From the NCBI GenBank assembly GCA_004764695.1, contig SMSO01000005.1, positions 1,364,001-1,428,000 of the forward strand: 64,000 bases of DNA, given 5' to 3'. This document shows, piece after piece, positions 58,783-64,000 of this stretch. A program made the position numbers and the translations under genes. Position 1 is the first letter of the stretch. The number at the start of each line of letters is the position of its first letter. The notes beneath the pieces were generated by a model. The model was not told the origin of the DNA. It searched no databases and was given only the letters and a program-made list of their open reading frames with translations. The DNA comes from Schizochytrium sp. TIO01 (lineage: Eukaryota; Protista; Bigyra: Labyrinthulomycetes).

Positions 58783-60210
58783 TAGTAATAGCAGCAATAT
58801 GATGCATGCCCATTAAGCAGACTTGACAATTGTGATGCTTGTATGTGAATCTTTCAACTTAATCAAACCGATTGTTTGGTATAGCCTCAAGACAGAACAT
58901 CAGGTATTCATTCCCATATGTAATTGCTCAGGACGCTCGTCAGTGAAAAAAGAAGCACAACATCACATGAAGCCAGGTTACTCACGCACTTGGCATCAGC
59001 CCCAATCCTTCATGTCCCACAAAGCAACACAAACCTACTGCCATCTCTCCTCCATTCCACTATCGCAAAACCAAAGCAAAAAGAAAAAAAAAGAAAAAAA
59101 AAGCCTGAAGATCTCCGTATCTGTTCGTCTGCACAGCACTGGGGGAGTCACTATTTGCCCTTCCACTTAACACTTCATCAAGTCTAGATACTGAATAAAA
59201 AAGAGACCAAACTGAAAATGTAGTGGTGTAATTAGAATCAGCTTTCTAAACAATCAAATTAAGAAGCAACTGAAAGGTAATGTTCATATCGGTTTTGAAA
59301 GCAGAACACCCAGTTCTGATTCGAATAATCAATTCTACTTGCCTCTGCAGAATTTTGTCAAGCAAAAGACGATTTCAAAGGTAGAGGAGATAATCAGATT
59401 TGGACAAATCTTGATCGCAAGTCATACTAAATGCTGATGTTCGACTGTCTATGTTGCTTGCATTAGTCGTATCGTATAAGGTAGTTTCCAGCAGTCTATT
59501 TTATTCCCAACACCCCTCCTCATATTATTATGTAATTAAATTCACGAGCGTTCTTTTTTAAGAGTTTTGAAAATATATCCTATTCGAATTATCATTTCGA
59601 AGATCCACAATATGTGTGAAGCGTTTAGAAGTATTTACGAAAAATTGAAGAATTAAATGAATCTAGGGCGGGCATTGACTTTCTACGTCGGGATTCCACT
59701 CTTCACCACAGTAAGGTACAATACCCCCATTGCATTGAAAGTGCACATGGTCCAATAGGCATCTATTTGGGGAGGGATAACAGTGGAATAGCTGGTTTTG
59801 TTTTCTCGATATCTAACAAAGAACTTATACTACTTCAGAGTGGTGTTCTCTACCTGAAGTACCGGAAGCATATGATATTACACGTTCTTTAAAGAACAAA
59901 AGGCTGCAGAGTAGCACCAAACGAGCATTTTTTGCTACTTGTTCCAAAGATTGGAAATTCAACACGATAGATGAAGGAAAGAAATGCACAGATGTACCAT
60001 TGCATATACAGGGTAAATCAATGCATTTCGAAAGATAGCAAAGAGAAAACCGAAAAGACGAATGGGAAGAAAACCCCGAAACTTGACAAAGGTCCTGTCT
60101 TTCAACAAACAAGAATTAAGAAGAGCCTGAGAGGAGCCTTGCACGCAAAATCCTTCTGGTCGAGTAAGGAATTGATTTGAGGTGTCTCGCTGAATAGTAC
60201 CCACAAATAT

Positions 60211-61779
60211 TTAGGTGATTAGGAGCCCAGCTCGGTAGATGCCAAAGAACATGAGAGCAACAATAACAGGCATTGCGCCGACAACCGCACCAAACCAACC
60301 CCAAAACCATCCACCAGCCTCGGTGACACCTGAGTCAAGGTTCATTCCAAAAAGAGCAGCAATTAAAGCACCCAAAGCAGCTGCAGCGGTGACACTGGTC
60401 ACAAGAAGGTCAATTCCGAGGAGCTTATTACGCGCCGAGTCAAGTCGCAAAGAGATTGAACTAATTGCAGAATCGATCTCTGCGCGCAGGGCCTCAACTT
60501 GAGAGTAGGTACCATCAATGGCTTGAGCATAGTTCTCAATCAAAAGCTCAATGTCCTCATGGTCGACACACCAGACATCCTCGCGGTCGTCACTGTAGTA
60601 GGTAGGGAAATTATGAACCTTGTCAAGGTTCATGAGAGCCATATCACGGTCATTTTCAAGTAGCTCATCGAAGGCATCTTGAACACCGACCAATCGCGAT
60701 GAAATCTTTGAAACGCGCGATTTCGCTTGCCGCAAACGTTCGATGGTAACACCTGACGAAGTCCGAATGATTTCCTCTACAGTTTCGTGAACCTCCGGTG
60801 CTAATTTTGTCACTTGCTCGTGAAGAAGCTGACAGACTGTTACAAAAATACACTCTAGCGAGCGCATAGAAAACGGGACATTGTTGTGCTCCTCGCCCGC
60901 ATCACGAAGCCTTTGCATGAGCGTTGAAAGAATGGAATCCGCACCATCAGGGATAAAGACAAGGGTTTTGTTGTAGAACAAAAGTGCACGGATCGGCTGC
61001 AGGTTGACCAGAATGGAGTGTCGACGTACCAAAATACCTGGGTCTCTCGACTGTGCAAATGATGGGTCCAGTACACGAATGTCACGATGTTGCAGCGTAC
61101 CTTTGTAGCGCCTACGCACAATAGAAGGGTCCTCATAAGCCGCGGCGGCAATATCACGCTCCTCTTGCGTACGCATAGGCAGGATTCGCGGCTCGGGCAC
61201 CATTCGACGCGCCTCTTGCATGATATCATCGCGACGCATTTCCACAAAGTCAGTGGACCCATTATCTCTGAACTCCAACACCAGCATGGGCTGTTGTTTG
61301 TGCACAAAACGTCTCTTGGTAGACTTTGTGCGAAAGATTGGCTGGTCTGCATTCAGACCCAAGCTTGAGAGACGATCTCGAACGAGTTGAACTTTGGGTG
61401 AAAGGCGTGAGACAGCTGTGCCAGGTCTCTCCTGTGCTGCTGGATCCATTGCAAGAAGGCTACTCCAAGGCCCATCCTCAATTTGAACATCAATAGGCAC
61501 AGATGCATTTTCGTCTTCATCTTCAAGGCCATCGTTGTCGCGACTAGTATAATCGTCGTCAACATCTGGCGACGTATTTCTGTCCTTGCTTCCGCCTCCG
61601 CTGCTCACACGTTTATCAAGAGATCGGGCATTTGATGATGGAGATCGCCAAGGGAGCCGTCGTCTAGACGAGGACTCTGAAGGCCTCGTTTCGTCCATGG
61701 ACTGCGATTCCCACGCCTCATACTCAGACGCTGGGCTATCATTTGACCCGCCGTCTGTGTCTTGGTCGTACCTGCTCAT
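60211..61779 (-). CDS. MRS2: MRS2/CorA-family magnesium transporter
   Basis: LQHRDIRVLDP, ILVRRHSILVNL, IELLIENY, LDSARNKLL and two C-terminal TM helices with FGMNL. Confidence 0.95.
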   Translation of the reverse strand: MSRYDQDTDGGSNDSPASEYEAWESQSMDETRPSESSSRRRLPWRSPSSNARSLDKRVSSGGGSKDRNTSPDVDDDYTSRDNDGLEDEDENASVPIDVQIEDGPWSSLLAMDPAAQERPGTAVSRLSPKVQLVRDRLSSLGLNADQPIFRTKSTKRRFVHKQQPMLVLEFRDNGSTDFVEMRRDDIMQEARRMVPEPRILPMRTQEERDIAAAAYEDPSIVRRRYKGTLQHRDIRVLDPSFAQSRDPGILVRRHSILVNLQPIRALLFYNKTLVFIPDGADSILSTLMQRLRDAGEEHNNVPFSMRSLECIFVTVCQLLHEQVTKLAPEVHETVEEIIRTSSGVTIERLRQAKSRVSKISSRLVGVQDAFDELLENDRDMALMNLDKVHNFPTYYSDDREDVWCVDHEDIELLIENYAQAIDGTYSQVEALRAEIDSAISSISLRLDSARNKLLGIDLLVTSVTAAAALGALIAALFGMNLDSGVTEAGGWFWGWFGAVVGAMPVIVALMFFGIYRAGLLIT

Positions 61780-62564
61780 GATTCCTCAAATTCACGATGT
61801 TCACCTTCAAGAGAACCAAAGCTGCAGCAACTTCTACGTGAATCTTAAAAGTGAAGAGCTGTGCTCTTACAGAAGTTTGGCTAGGTTGTCCAATTCTTGA
61901 GAGCGTCAACGTGGTACAGCGCAAAATGTACCTAATCAAGGGTAGAGACTTCGCTTGATATCAAAACCGTCAACAGAAGAATCCCACTCAGTTATTGCTC
62001 AACCTGAGTTTATCTTGCTTTCGAGCGCCACTCGGGCCAGCGTCGTCTACGTCGCCCACACAGAGCAGATTGCTTCAAACTTTGTTTCTAGTCACGCCCA
62101 GGTCCAATGCTTTAGTAGTTTATATAGACGTCGTGTTCATGCAGGCGGGAACGCCCGAATTGAGGCGTCACGGGTCGATGCGGCACAGTTTTGGCAGGAG
62201 GGATAAGCAAACGCCACGGCACGCGATAGCGTGCGTTGGTGAAGCCGTTGGGGGATCTCTTATTGAGTCTTCGCGCCAATTGGCGGCTGCCTTTGAAGCT
62301 GTGTGCGAAGACAGCTTCGCGGAAGCTGGTGTACTGGAGCTGAGCGCCAGAAAAGGAAATGGAAAAGAAATAGAAGGAAAGTACAGGGAGCGGTAGAATC
62401 GTCATTTCGTTGGAGAAAATCCAACGAATATGACCCTTCGTTCTTTCTTGTGTCTGAGGAATCCAAGTGCGAGCGGCCTAAGATGGTCTCGCTCACTGTT
62501 ATAGAGAGAGCTGCGCATGCGTCGTTATTCCAAACCACGCAGGAATGAAAGAATCAAACACAAA

Positions 62565-62671
62565 TGAGACAGAATGGCTACGCGGAAGGTAATTCATACG
62601 AATGTAGCGGCTTGCAATTGAGACAGAATGGCTACGCGGAAGGTAATTCATACGAATGTAGCGGCTTGCAA
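62565..62671. repeat. 54-bp tandem duplication
   Basis: tgagacagaatggctacgcggaaggtaattcatacgaatgtagcggcttgcaa at 62565 and again at 62619. Confidence 0.9.
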
Positions 62672-64000
62672 AATTGCCGCGACACCTAGAAGGATAGAGG
62701 TAATGTAATATTGAACATGCTGACCAGAATTTAGAAGTCAAACCTTCAGATTGTTTGTTTAGAAAACACCAGCTGTATATATGGTGAGGTTTGAGTTTAA
62801 GCGGTTTACTTTTACATAATGGGAGATTGGAATGTCAAGAGCTGAGAGCACATATGCGCTCACAATTTATCTCGAGTGGGAGACTTGGCATCACCGTCGT
62901 ATTGTTTGAGTGTTATTGTTATGTGGAAACAATCACTGTTGCGTTTCTATAATAGATCTACTTTTGACTCAGAGTTCAAGCTAAGATCTCATGGAATAAG
63001 GACTATTTATAAATCCTTTTGTGTTACTGTTCCACTTTGTGTTTGACGGTTATGTGTATTGGAAAGAAGATAGTCCCTGCTTAATTGTCAGTGACAAGTT
63101 CAATGGCTTCACTGAGTCCAAGAGCAACCTCATAGTTGGTGGGTATGCTGGTTGCGAAGATGTTCATAGTACATCTCAGCCTAAGAAACTAGACGTGAGT
63201 TCTTGAAGATGTAGAGACCAACAGAAACGATATATTACACCATGAATCAGTCTCTACCCTAAATTTGTCGTCCATTTTGCGCAATCATACTGTAGGAGTT
63301 CCTGTAGATGTAGGCCGGACGAATGAACTGTCCGTTTCGAGATTTAAATGTTAAATTCATCCAGGTAAAAACGCAGATAGTAATGATGTTAGCGATTTGT
63401 TGTGCATATTAGCTACAAACTTCCCATAGAAGACCAAAACTTGGACAATTTCACGAGTATGATACGTACAGAACATGAGAAGAACTGAACGAGTTGCTAA
63501 AACCAAGAAATCCGGAACCTGACGTGAGAGCAAATCTAGTAGGTATTGAACGAAACACCAGTTTAAAACCGTGAGACAGATCAATGCATAGTTCCTTGTG
63601 GCAAATTTGTGCAAAGGTGCTTCAGTCGTCGCCAATGTTTGTAAAAGCGGAAGCGACAGGATTGTTCAGAAGCGCAAGTTGGATGGGAGAAATTCTCGAC
63701 TATAATATTTATTACTGTGCTTTTGTGGTTCGGAGAGGGTATCTTACAAGTCGATTGACAAAGGCGGAGGTGAAGTGACGGTGGGTCTGCACAGTATTTA
63801 TGCTTGAGCGTCAGCCTTGGAATTTGTGGTGAGTTTGTTTATGCAGTGGTTTGAAAAGAAGGAAAGGAAAACATCTGCAAGAGTTCGGCGTTTTCCCGGC
63901 TGAGGGAAAGAAGAATGTGAGAGTTTGAGGGTCCTAGTCGAACAATCTTCAGCGATATGAGCTATGATTTCATTTACATTCATATGTGCGTGCCACCAAA

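Noticed and set aside
63798-63983. LADVFLSFFSNHCINKL resembling a piggyBac transposase N-terminus
   Set aside because: No downstream DDD core or terminal inverted repeats seen.

Overview
Eukaryotic, intron-poor, microsatellite-rich chromosome segment. Gene content, codon bias and (AAAC)n/(CAG)n-rich leaders suggest a thraustochytrid/labyrinthulomycete such as Aurantiochytrium or Schizochytrium; this is an inference, not a measurement. About 21 protein genes are supported: a HAD phosphatase, a TPR+IQ protein, a low-complexity protein, an NRF-6-like O-acyltransferase, a frameshifted acidic protein, MAK16, an orphan ~100-aa protein, monodehydroascorbate reductase, PP5, a UBE2E-like E2, an ATG22-like MFS transporter, pirin, a YvcK/UPF0052 protein, RAP1, a TPR-CS protein, an uncharacterised 682-aa protein, two tandem ILV3/DHAD genes, a POP4-like protein, DCP1 and MRS2. 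No tRNA, rRNA, CRISPR array or intact transposon was recognised. Best leads: (1) a spliced BRCT-Myb-RCT RAP1 telomere gene that the ORF track splits in two; (2) tandem DHAD paralogues showing mosaic gene conversion, a non-canonical PGLPEGL motif and, in copy 2, an Ile>Leu change resembling the self-resistant AstD; (3) a membrane-anchored protein with a possible permuted papain-type His/Cys dyad; (4) an orphan small ORF in a long regulatory region; (5) a helically phased GATA hairpin cluster.
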